Shown: positions 31,441 through 40,012 of the stretch, piece after piece
Layout of the letters: every line of letters begins with the position of its first letter
Position numbering within the stretch: the first letter of the stretch is position 1
Assembly: GCA_963780865.1 (NCBI GenBank)
Contig: CAWADT010000009.1
Coordinates: 42,134 to 106,133, forward strand
Direction: 5' to 3'
Length of the DNA: 64,000 bases
Source of the DNA: an uncultured Chloroflexia bacterium
GTDB lineage: Bacteria; Chloroflexota; Anaerolineae; Anaerolineales; RBG-16-64-43
Notes under the pieces: model-generated
Databases searched by the model: none
Seen by the model: only the letters and a program-made list of their open reading frames with translations
What the model was told of the DNA's origin: nothing
Position numbers and translations under genes: made by a program

Positions 31441-31951
31441 GATTGACTCCCTGGAATAAGTGTACTATGGCTTATCCAGGTGTCCGTTTTATCGGGGGAG
31501 GTTCACTTCCGTTGCGGGGCAATAAAATGGGGAAGGAAGTGGGTTGGATTCTCGGTGAAATTTCCGATGACGAGGTTGCTAATGGAAGACCAATGCTAAG
31601 CGCTATTGCAGTGAATGTGAAAGGTCAGCCAGGTGAGGGCTTTTTCGCGCTGGCCAGACAACATGGAAAATTAATAGATGATAGCGAGCAGACATTCTGG
31701 GAAAGAGAGCGCCAACTTGTTTACGAGACATGGAAAATCCCATTGAAATAAGGATTCGAAAAAAGTTTGTTCGACAAAGAAAAAAGGACTGAATTAACAA
31801 TAAAACCAAGAATATTTTCAGGGTATGTTCAGGGTGGGAGAAAACGAACAAATAATAGGCAAGATGGATGAGCTTGATCAAGTCTCTCTAGGAAAATTTT
31901 GTTGATATTAGGAAAAAGGATAGCGGTGGGATAAGAAATTAGGAGCCAGCC

Positions 31952-34900
31952 ATGGGAAACATTAGCCAAGGGTCGCGACAATTACCTCTACGGCACATCT
32001 CCATCCGTGTTCCATGGAACGATACCAATTGGAGCGGTATTGTATGCCAAAAACCGGCCGATAATGCATCCTGCCTTATCCTTCGGCGAATTCGAGCGAC
32101 TCGCAAGGATGCAGAGGAAACATCAGTGGCCGGAAAAACCTGGAATGACTTGTCACAGGAAAATCTGCCTCCTTGTGTCAGTGAGCATGGCCAGTTCATG
32201 TCTCCATGTGAATTGGTACGGAATATTCAGCATCCTTATGCCGAACACAGTGAGGCACATAAGCATATCGTTCCCACACCTTACCGGTACGCGCCATACT
32301 CCGCAGCAGCAGTTCCTTTCAACTGGATGCTGCGTGAATCCGCTGAAGATATCGTTAAAAAGTTTGAATTGGGGTACCAACCCGCCTTGGAAACACAAGC
32401 CGATGAAATCATGGGGTATGAGACTTCCTGGGTCCAGGAAAAAGAAAATCAGCTGGTTATGTTGGACACCTTCTTCAGCGCCATCCAACCTCAAAAATCG
32501 CTGGTCTTCTTCTATGCCAAACGGACACCTCTAGTTGATGACGTTCGACGTGTTCTGATAGGGGTTGGGTGGGTGACTCATGTCGGCGATCCAGTCGAAT
32601 ACAAATACAAGGAAGCCGGCACGCTAAAAAGTGTTTTGTGGGAAAGAAATATCCAACATTCTATCCGCGATGGTTTTAAGGATGGTTTTCTACTGCCCTA
32701 CCACGAGGTGATCAAATACCTCGAGCAACACCCTGACGATGACCCTTCGAAATATGTGGCATTTATTCCGGATGATCAATTCTGGGCTTTCAGTTATGGG
32801 AGTCAACATATCACCAATGATGGAGCGATTGGTTCACTGCTTGCTTGTGGGAAGGCCATCCAGAATATCCAGAAAATCATCCCCGGAAAATGGGAACAAG
32901 TCCTTTCTTGGTTAGATGCTAGATTAAATGAATTGTGGGATATGCGCGGACCATGCCCGGGCCTTGGTTCAGCTCTAACGGCCTTTGGCCTGGAAAATGG
33001 ATCGCTTGTTGCATATGAATTGGAACGCATTCTGACCGAAAAACCGGAAACGGTTGGCACTGATCCCTGGCCATTGGTGGACCGCTTGTTCAAACAACCG
33101 GAAACTTTTCCGCCAGAGATTGGGAAAAAAGTTGGCAAGACTCTGCAAAAACTTTGGATGACTTTACCTGATGAACGCCGGGCATTGCTCAAACTGCTCA
33201 GCCGTTTTGAACTGACTGCGCCGCAAGCCACTCGTTATTATGTCCATGAGGAAAAACAACGAGCGGATTTCTGTATTAAAGCGGATGATTTGGAACTTAT
33301 CTCCAATCCTTACCGGCTTTATGAATTGGATCGTGTAACGCCCGATCCGGTCAACCTGGCTACAGTCGACCGAGGCATTTTTCCAGATGAAAGCATCCGT
33401 CAAAAATATCCGGTGCCTGCACAATCGCAGATCCCGGACGCGTTGGATCCCCGCCGAGTATGTGCATTTGTGATTCGCCAGTTGGATCTTGCAACGCAAA
33501 ATGGGCATACCTTGCAACCCCGTGACAAGATCATTCAAGAAATTCGCGAATTGGATGTTCAGCCTGATTGTCCCGTAACCGGCGACTTAATGTCCGTGGT
33601 GGAGCAGGCCTTTGAACCCCGTGTCCATGTTATAAAACTTCACGACGATAAACACGCATACCAGCTTGATGAACTCTATAAAGCTGGAGAAAAAATACGA
33701 TCGAATATTACGCGCCGCCCAAGCGGCACGCGCCATAGCGCGAAAATCGATTGGGAGAAGCTTCTGGCCGAGGCGATCAAATCTCCCGTCGATACCGCAG
33801 ACCAGGATGAAGCAAATGCGCGAAAGGAAAAAACGGCCGCACTTGAAGAATTATTTGCATCCCGCTTCTCCGTTCTGATTGGACCTGCCGGTACAGGTAA
33901 AACCACTTTGCTTAAAGTGCTAAGTCATGAACCTTCTGTAGCCGCAGGAGGGGTTTTACTACTTGCTCCCACCGGAAAAGCACGCGTTAGGATGGAAACG
34001 CAGGCAGAATTGAAAGGAGCTCAAACCATTGCGCAATTATTACTGCCGCTTGACCGATATGAACCGCAAACAGGCATATATCGTCCATCCAACCGAAATC
34101 CGGGGGTAGACAGTTATAAAACCGTCATTATCGATGAAGCGTCCATGCTAACTGAAGATCAGCTTGCGGCGGTAATGGATGGGATCAAGGGCGCAGAAAG
34201 GATTATTCTTGTAGGAGATCCTCGGCAACTTCCTCCGATTGGCGCCGGTCGTCCTTTCCTCGACATCGTACAGAAGCTGACTCCGGAGAATACTGATTTC
34301 ATATTTCCTCGAATTGGTCCAGGTTATGCCGAACTGACCATCCGACGGCGTCAAATTGGTGAAAAGAGGGATGATTTACTCCTAGCGGAATGGTTTAGCG
34401 GTCGCCCTCTGGATCCGGGAGCAGATGAAATCTGGCAAAAGATCCAAGAAGGAACACATTCGAATCATTTGGACTTTGTTGAATGGAACAACCCCGAGGA
34501 CCTTCAAAATATATTGTTGGACACTCTTGTGAAAGAGTTGAACTTAGATGGAAGAGACGATTCAAACAAATTTGAAGTATCTTTGGGCGGCTCAGAATTC
34601 AAAGAGTACGTATTTTTCTGGGAAACAAAAGCTGGAAAAACGGGTGCTTGCTCAAAAGTGGAGGACTGGGAAATCTTATCCCCGGTTCGCAATAATCCAT
34701 TCGGTGTGGAAGCCCTCAATCGCCTCATCCAGACTACATTCCGCACTAAAACAAAAGAATGGGCTTCGAAGAAATACGGGCGAAAAATACCGAAACCAAT
34801 GGGCCGTGAAGAAATATTGTATGGAGACAAGGTAATTCAAACCCAGAATCAGAGGCGTTTCAAGGTATATCCAAAGGAAAATGCGCTTAACTATGTCGCC

Positions 34901-35704
34901 AACGGTGAATTAGGGATTGCTGTTGGGCAGTATAAAACAAAGAATATGAATTTCACACCGTATGCCCTGGAAATCGAGTTTTCGTCGCAGCCCGGTTTTA
35001 AGTACTCCTATTCCGGCGGAGATTTTGTAGAAGAATCGTATCCGACACTGGAGTTGGCGTACGCATTGACAGTCCACAAAACACAAGGTTCGGAATTTGG
35101 CCTTACATTTGTGGTCATCCCTAACCCCTGTCGTCTGCTTTCTCGCGAACTCCTATACACGGCCTTAACACGGCAAAGAAATAGGGTCGTTGTATTCCAC
35201 CAAGGTCCTTTGCAGGATTTGAAAAATTACTCCAACGATTTCTACTCCGAGTTTGCAGCTCGATTGACAAATCTTCTGGATGCTCCAAAACCGGTAGAGG
35301 TAATTGAGAAATTCCTTGAAGACAAACTGATTCATAGAACCGGGAAAGGTATTTGCATGCGGTCCAAGTCGGAGGTAATCATTGCTTCTGAATTTGATCA
35401 TGCGGGGATAGAATACACCTATGAGAGCAAGTTGTTGGGGCAAGATGGAACCGCGCGTTACCCAGACTTTGTAATCAATGATGTTGAGAGCGGTCGCCAG
35501 TATTATTGGGAACATCTTGGCATGCTTTATAAGCCGGACTATAAGCAGCGCTGGGAAAAGAAGCTCGCCTGGTATAGGAAACAAGGCATACTTCCGATAG
35601 AAGAAGGCGGCGGATCACATGGAATTTTGATTACTACGGCCGACCATCCAAACGGCGCAATTGATGTAACAGAAATTCAAGGGATAATTAAGAAAATTTC
35701 CTAG
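31952..35704 (+). CDS. RecD2-like SF1B helicase with ~600-aa unassigned N-terminus and C-terminal PD-(D/E)xK (Vsr/DUF559-like) nuclease, 1250 aa
   Basis: GPAGTGKTT, APTGKA, IIDEASM, GDPRQLPPIG, YALTVHKTQGSEF, LYTALTR; C-terminal RSKSEVIIA..YPDFVI..YWEHLGM. Confidence 0.88.
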   Translation: MGNISQGSRQLPLRHISIRVPWNDTNWSGIVCQKPADNASCLILRRIRATRKDAEETSVAGKTWNDLSQENLPPCVSEHGQFMSPCELVRNIQHPYAEHSEAHKHIVPTPYRYAPYSAAAVPFNWMLRESAEDIVKKFELGYQPALETQADEIMGYETSWVQEKENQLVMLDTFFSAIQPQKSLVFFYAKRTPLVDDVRRVLIGVGWVTHVGDPVEYKYKEAGTLKSVLWERNIQHSIRDGFKDGFLLPYHEVIKYLEQHPDDDPSKYVAFIPDDQFWAFSYGSQHITNDGAIGSLLACGKAIQNIQKIIPGKWEQVLSWLDARLNELWDMRGPCPGLGSALTAFGLENGSLVAYELERILTEKPETVGTDPWPLVDRLFKQPETFPPEIGKKVGKTLQKLWMTLPDERRALLKLLSRFELTAPQATRYYVHEEKQRADFCIKADDLELISNPYRLYELDRVTPDPVNLATVDRGIFPDESIRQKYPVPAQSQIPDALDPRRVCAFVIRQLDLATQNGHTLQPRDKIIQEIRELDVQPDCPVTGDLMSVVEQAFEPRVHVIKLHDDKHAYQLDELYKAGEKIRSNITRRPSGTRHSAKIDWEKLLAEAIKSPVDTADQDEANARKEKTAALEELFASRFSVLIGPAGTGKTTLLKVLSHEPSVAAGGVLLLAPTGKARVRMETQAELKGAQTIAQLLLPLDRYEPQTGIYRPSNRNPGVDSYKTVIIDEASMLTEDQLAAVMDGIKGAERIILVGDPRQLPPIGAGRPFLDIVQKLTPENTDFIFPRIGPGYAELTIRRRQIGEKRDDLLLAEWFSGRPLDPGADEIWQKIQEGTHSNHLDFVEWNNPEDLQNILLDTLVKELNLDGRDDSNKFEVSLGGSEFKEYVFFWETKAGKTGACSKVEDWEILSPVRNNPFGVEALNRLIQTTFRTKTKEWASKKYGRKIPKPMGREEILYGDKVIQTQNQRRFKVYPKENALNYVANGELGIAVGQYKTKNMNFTPYALEIEFSSQPGFKYSYSGGDFVEESYPTLELAYALTVHKTQGSEFGLTFVVIPNPCRLLSRELLYTALTRQRNRVVVFHQGPLQDLKNYSNDFYSEFAARLTNLLDAPKPVEVIEKFLEDKLIHRTGKGICMRSKSEVIIASEFDHAGIEYTYESKLLGQDGTARYPDFVINDVESGRQYYWEHLGMLYKPDYKQRWEKKLAWYRKQGILPIEEGGGSHGILITTADHPNGAIDVTEIQGIIKKIS

Positions 35705-35745
35705 AAAATAACCCATCAAAAAGGCAACCCCTAAGGAGGTGATTT

Positions 35746-36210
35746 ATGATTTTTTGGAGAATGCAACTTCACCCGGGAGATTCGGGCCAAGCTGCGCAGC
35801 ACTCAATTCGATGCATATCGTCGGGGTTTATCGGACTAGATTTCGAGACCGACGTGGGGGATCTACGGAAGCTCACCAAAGAAAACCTACCTAAGGGGCA
35901 CCGGACATATTTGGCTTTTGCAAAAGAAATGAAACCACTCGATATTGTCCTAATTTATGTTCATAATTACCCATTTGCCTTGTTGAAAGTGAAAAGCAAA
36001 TATTATTACACAACTTCTTCTATTCCAGAGATTGGAATATGGCCGAGGCATTTCCGGCGAGTGGAATTACTACAGTATTATTCCGACTATATTAAGAACC
36101 CTCGAAAATGGAAGAAATCCACCATGACTGAAACACTAACACCTCTACGCGATAAAAATAAATCAACCTACATTCTTATTTCGGGCTGGCTAAAGAATCT
36201 CAGAAAGTGA
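35746..36210 (+). CDS. Stand-alone PUA/EVE-like domain protein resembling McrB/Mrr N-terminal DNA-reader domains
   Basis: AAGGAGGTG RBS; pattern FW....FIGL...GDL..F..EMK..DIVLI..AL.KV...Y.Y..RHFRRVE recalled from such domains, not verified by HMM. Confidence 0.55.
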   Translation: MIFWRMQLHPGDSGQAAQHSIRCISSGFIGLDFETDVGDLRKLTKENLPKGHRTYLAFAKEMKPLDIVLIYVHNYPFALLKVKSKYYYTTSSIPEIGIWPRHFRRVELLQYYSDYIKNPRKWKKSTMTETLTPLRDKNKSTYILISGWLKNLRK

Positions 36211-36265
36211 AAGGAATCAGTCGCGAAAACAAATATCATAGATTGAATCAATATTGGAGGAGCAA

Positions 36266-37534
36266 ATGGATCTTAACGAAGCTCGTAAAGTTATTTGGAT
36301 GAAGCCGAATCGCCGCCCGATGGGAGAATTATTCGACGAAGGATTTTTGGATCGGGGAAGATTGGAGTGGGCCGCAAAGGAAGCGTATACACCCAAGGTG
36401 CGAGAAGCCGCTGATGTATTTCTCGCCCTACTTGGTCAACCTCCTTCAGCAACTACAAACACTAAACCGGCTCCCCAACCGTCTGTAAAGCCAAATTTGC
36501 CGGATATCAATATAAAAATGTCGATCGATCAAGCAAGATCGATCTTTTGGCCAATTCCCCCCTTCAAAGGGCAACCAATGGGTTCATTGGTCGAAACGAG
36601 ACAACTAACACTCAAAGATCTGGGTTGGGCAATTGATAATGCCTGGGACCAGAAGGTTAGGGAAGCGGCGGTTGTATTATCGGCTATCCGACTTAAACAG
36701 ACTGTCAATGAACCCGAGCCCCCAAAGGGATATTTGCGAATTGTGTCAAAAGGAATAAGTTTTTCCGAGAGTAATCAGTTCCGGCTTGTCTACCTTGAGG
36801 GGTTGATTATCGGAATCATGCTTGGGGCGGCTTTATTTGCCATAATATATCCAATACTATTTCCAAATAATTCTCAATCAACGACAACCCTTGGAGAGAT
36901 TGTTTCCACGCCGACTGGTGTCGTTGTACTGATTTTGGCCCTTTGTTTAGTCATTGGAATACCGTTGACGATGTGGTTGGTGGCTGAAGGATCAACAAAA
37001 ATAATCAATAAGCAGATTGAAAATTATCGAAAGGGACAAGAAGGTGAAGATAGAGTAAGCGATACAATAAATGCCGCCTTGAATGGAGAATGGACGCTAT
37101 TTAGAAATGTACTACTCCCAGGAAGGAAAGGCGGCGATTTGGATTCTATCCTGGTAGGGCCGGGGGGAGTTTGGGTGTTGGAAGTAAAGACATTTACCGG
37201 AGAATTCCGAAACATTGGTGAACAGTGGGAGTGCCTCGCAGGTAAACAATGGCAGATCGTCAAATCAAATCCAAGTCGGCAAGGTAAACGAAATGCTGCT
37301 CTCCTGGCCTCTTTCCTACAAGCAGATCATATAAAGATTTGGGTTAAACCAGCAATCGTCTGGGCGAATCCGGAGAGTTCCCTTAAGGTTGAAAACCCAT
37401 CGGTGCCTATATGGAAATTGGATCGCTTGCCGGACGAATTGGGAAACATTTCCAATGGCCGGAATATTTCTGAGGATGATCAACAAAAGATTAACAAGAA
37501 GCTGACGAGGTTAATTGAAAGGCAGAAACAATAG
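36266..37534 (+). CDS. NERD nuclease with duplicated N-terminal domain and two TM helices
   Basis: GGAGG RBS then ATG 36266; GQEGEDRV..RNVLLP..DLDSILVGPGGVWVLEVKTFTG; two hydrophobic segments before it. Confidence 0.85.
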   Translation: MDLNEARKVIWMKPNRRPMGELFDEGFLDRGRLEWAAKEAYTPKVREAADVFLALLGQPPSATTNTKPAPQPSVKPNLPDINIKMSIDQARSIFWPIPPFKGQPMGSLVETRQLTLKDLGWAIDNAWDQKVREAAVVLSAIRLKQTVNEPEPPKGYLRIVSKGISFSESNQFRLVYLEGLIIGIMLGAALFAIIYPILFPNNSQSTTTLGEIVSTPTGVVVLILALCLVIGIPLTMWLVAEGSTKIINKQIENYRKGQEGEDRVSDTINAALNGEWTLFRNVLLPGRKGGDLDSILVGPGGVWVLEVKTFTGEFRNIGEQWECLAGKQWQIVKSNPSRQGKRNAALLASFLQADHIKIWVKPAIVWANPESSLKVENPSVPIWKLDRLPDELGNISNGRNISEDDQQKINKKLTRLIERQKQ

Positions 37535-37615
37535 AAAAATATTGTGGGCGAAAAAATGGATTTGTTGAAGTTTCATCCGTGAATGAATTTATTGAAATGT
37601 TCGCGGACGATTTAG

Positions 37616-37689
37616 AATAGACAAGATTTGCAGGATTTAAAGGATTAATTTTTCAAAATATCTTGTCAATCCTGTAAATCCTGTCAATT
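37616..37689. repeat. 74 bp mini-element with AATAGACAAGATTTGCAGGATT / AATCCTGTAAATCCTGTCAATT inverted ends
   Basis: Same ends as 38408-38676. Confidence 0.7.
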
Positions 37690-37705
37690 AATTTTAGTGG
37701 TTCGA

Positions 37706-37738
37706 AGACCTGTCAGGTTTTATATACCTGACAGGTCT
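37706..37738. repeat. AGACCTGTCAGGT-7 nt-ACCTGACAGGTCT perfect 13 bp hairpin (REP-like)
   Basis: Direct inspection. Confidence 0.75.
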
Positions 37739-37749
37739 ATAATATCCCC

Positions 37750-38184
37750 ATGCCCGACCCTTACGAAACCCTGCAAGTCTCCCGCCACGCCGAAATCGAG
37801 GTCATCGCGGCCGCCTACCGGACGCTGGCGCGCAAATACCACCCCGATAAAAATGACGCGCATGCCGGCACCAATCGGATGCAGGAGATCAACGCCGCCT
37901 ACGAAATCCTCAAAGATTCGGTAAAACGGAAGGAATACGACCGCGGCCACCCGTTTGCCTTGGGCAATGTCGTGTGGCGAAGCGAGGAAGCGATCGACTG
38001 GTCGGGCGAGTTTGACTCGGAAGATTTGGATGACTGGGCCAGCTCCTACGCGCGGCGCCGCGATCATCCGGTGCCCATCCATCGGCCGGGTTTCTTAAAA
38101 AGGAATTGGGCCGGCATCCTGTATTTGCTTTTCGTCCTTTTCATGGGCTATGAATTATTGGGAGCGGTTATCAGAAAATATTAA
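37750..38184 (+). CDS. J-domain (DnaJ-type) protein with C-terminal TM anchor
   Basis: DPYETLQV..AYRTLARKYHPDKN..INAAYEILKD..RKEYD; hydrophobic C-terminus. Confidence 0.9.
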   Translation: MPDPYETLQVSRHAEIEVIAAAYRTLARKYHPDKNDAHAGTNRMQEINAAYEILKDSVKRKEYDRGHPFALGNVVWRSEEAIDWSGEFDSEDLDDWASSYARRRDHPVPIHRPGFLKRNWAGILYLLFVLFMGYELLGAVIRKY

Positions 38185-38240
38185 CCGCCATCTCCTGCTG
38201 CGCTGGCATTATTGTTCTTTTTGGTAAATGGTAACAGCTC

Positions 38241-38392
38241 AGGTCGGGGAAAACGTACACCGACATCCGGAATAAATCCGAAATCACCGAAAAATATTCT
38301 TTGGAAAAGAAGCACAACCCAATGTTTTTCAGTGCATTCGGCTCTTTTCGGTGCAATCCGTGTACAAAGGCGGAAGCCCCGCTGAGTAGATA
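38241..38392. repeat. ~150 bp dispersed repeat, copy 2
   Basis: Aligns with 3796-3947 and 39021-39174. Confidence 0.9.
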
Positions 38393-38407
38393 AGGTAAAT
38401 GAAGAAT

Positions 38408-38676
38408 AATAGACAAGATTTATAGGATTAGGTAAAAGACCATTGACCATAGACCATGGACCATAGACCATCGACAAACCGACCAAAGCCCGTGAACCGT
38501 GGACCATGGGCAATGGATCATAGCTGATGGTCTGATGGATTCTTTTCGATCCAATCACTCAATATTAATTGGTGTCTGTGCGTTTATTGGTTGGATTCAT
38601 CCCCTAATTTATTCTCGGCTATGGTCTGTGGTCCAAGTTCGATGGTCGGTTTTCAATCCTGTAAATCCTGTCTATT
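38408..38676. mobile_element. 269 bp element with 22 bp TIRs and internal heptamer (GACCATN) repeats
   Basis: AATAGACAAGATTTATAGGATT vs reverse complement AATAGACAGGATTTACAGGATT (2 mismatches); GACCATTGACCATAGACCATGGACCATAGACCAT mirrored by CTATGGTCTGTGGTCC. Confidence 0.65.
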
Positions 38677-38688
38677 GACTCATCATCG

Positions 38689-38985
38689 CTAGTAATTCTC
38701 TACCACGTCGATCACCTTTTCCGTCATGTACGTTTGATATTTGTGTTCCCAAAATTGGAGTTGAGGAAGCAAGGTCCGGGAGAGATCCTCGACCGAACTC
38801 GTCATTTCCCCCTCGAAGACCGTTTTTTGGTTGCCTTCCCAATCCTGGTCGAGGCGAGCGAACATTTTCCTTAGCAGGGCAAGAATTGCCTCCGTGTCGG
38901 CCCGCGCCTCGCGGAAGGCGTTGAAAACGGCGTCGGCTTCGGGTGGATGAACTTGGATTATTTTATGCACGATTCGCTGAGGCAT
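38689..38985 (-). CDS. WXG100/ESAT-6-like protein (98 aa)
   Basis: Two predicted helices either side of a central W-E-G (LDQDWEGNQK); about 100 aa. Confidence 0.75.
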   Translation of the reverse strand: MPQRIVHKIIQVHPPEADAVFNAFREARADTEAILALLRKMFARLDQDWEGNQKTVFEGEMTSSVEDLSRTLLPQLQFWEHKYQTYMTEKVIDVVENY

Positions 38986-39020
38986 ATTCCCCCTTTTGAA
39001 TTTATTCCTTTTCCGTGGCT

Positions 39021-39174
39021 GCTCAGGTCAGTGAAAACGTACACCGAAACACGGAGAAAATCCGAAATCACCGAAAAAAATCTTTGGGAAAGAAGCACAA
39101 CATAATGTTTTTCAGTGCATTCGGCTCTTTTCGATGCAATCCGTGTACAAAAGCGGAAGCCCCGTTGAGTAGAT
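39021..39174. repeat. ~150 bp dispersed repeat, copy 3
   Basis: Aligns with copies 1 and 2. Confidence 0.9.
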
Positions 39175-39250
39175 CCCCTTTTCCAGAATAATTTTAGCAC
39201 GATATTTTGATAAGGCTGTCCCCCTCTGAAATCAGCTAATGGAATGGAAG

Positions 39251-39466
39251 TCAATTTCCGCTGGAGGTGCGCAGCCGGGTTTTGATGAAATCGGTTATTT
39301 CGGTCAATCGGTTGACGGGTAGTTTGTCGCCGCTGAAGACGTCGGTGATATTCCCATACCAAGTCGATCCGTAGACCTGGGCGCCCGGTTCTTCCATCCA
39401 AATCCGCACAATAAACGAGCGGGTTTCAACGTTGTCTTTATCGTCTTGCGGGAGTGCTTTGTTCAT
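39251..39466 (-). CDS. Small hypothetical protein (71 aa, SFIVRIWxE...WxGxI type)
   Basis: AAGGAG RBS; motif recalled from small Chloroflexota proteins. Confidence 0.65.
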   Translation of the reverse strand: MNKALPQDDKDNVETRSFIVRIWMEEPGAQVYGSTWYGNITDVFSGDKLPVNRLTEITDFIKTRLRTSSGN

Positions 39467-39690
39467 TGCAATGCTCCTTGAAGCAACCCTCTTCCATGGG
39501 GATTTGGTTATCAGCAGGAAAACCTCTTGCTGTGTACCCTACACGTATCTCGCCAGCGCCAATCTCCAAAAAGGCTTAATCCGGATTCCCGGCGATGCGA
39601 TTTCAGTGCGAAACGCGCGGCGCGGATTTCAATTTCCGGATGATCCGGAAAAATTGCATTTTTTTGGATTTGGAGCAACTACCCAGCCTT

Positions 39691-39755
39691 CCCCCTCATC
39701 CCGTCCTTCTCCCAGCATATGCTGGGAGAAGGTGGCCGAAGGCCGGATGAGGGAG
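39691..39755. repeat. TCTCCCAGCAT.TGCTGGGAGA REP-like palindrome
   Basis: Near-exact inverted copy at 50823-50887. Confidence 0.8.
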
Positions 39756-40012
39756 AGTGATATCAGATTATCCATCCTGTGGAATTCCTTCCAGCTTTTC
39801 TTGGGCCGAGTAGTTACGATTTGGAAAAATCGCGGAATTACATGTCTCCAGACTTCGATGATGGGCTATTCCGCTGAATGCTATCTTATCGATATTTTTC
39901 AGTGAAATCATTCGATCCCTTCGGCAAATATTGGGAATTCCACAATAAATCCCAGGCGGCGGGCGAGCCCCCTTAAAAAAAAGTGGAGCAGGAGATTGGA
40001 TTCTTTTAACCC

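Larger units (their letters stand above)
30248..31505 (-). mobile_element. Complete IS3-family insertion sequence (1258 bp)
   Basis: TG...CA ends; 37 bp imperfect TIR (30/37 identical); CTT target duplication at 30245-30247 and 31506-31508; orfA/orfB with A7G slippery site at 31176-31183. Confidence 0.96.
30122..31751 (+). pseudogene. 122-aa winged-helix-like protein interrupted by IS3 after codon 42
   Basis: 30122-30247 (MTIVDNRY..VTYQEVAQIMGL) joins in frame to 31509-31751 (PLRGNKMGKEVGWILGEIS..RPMLSAIAVNVKGQPGEGFF..) once the IS and one CTT copy are removed. Confidence 0.88.

Noticed and set aside
37560-39200. Integron cassette array (attC sites between small ORFs)
   Set aside because: Repeats lack recognisable RYYYAAC/GTTRRRY boxes, ORFs are in mixed orientation and no integrase is present
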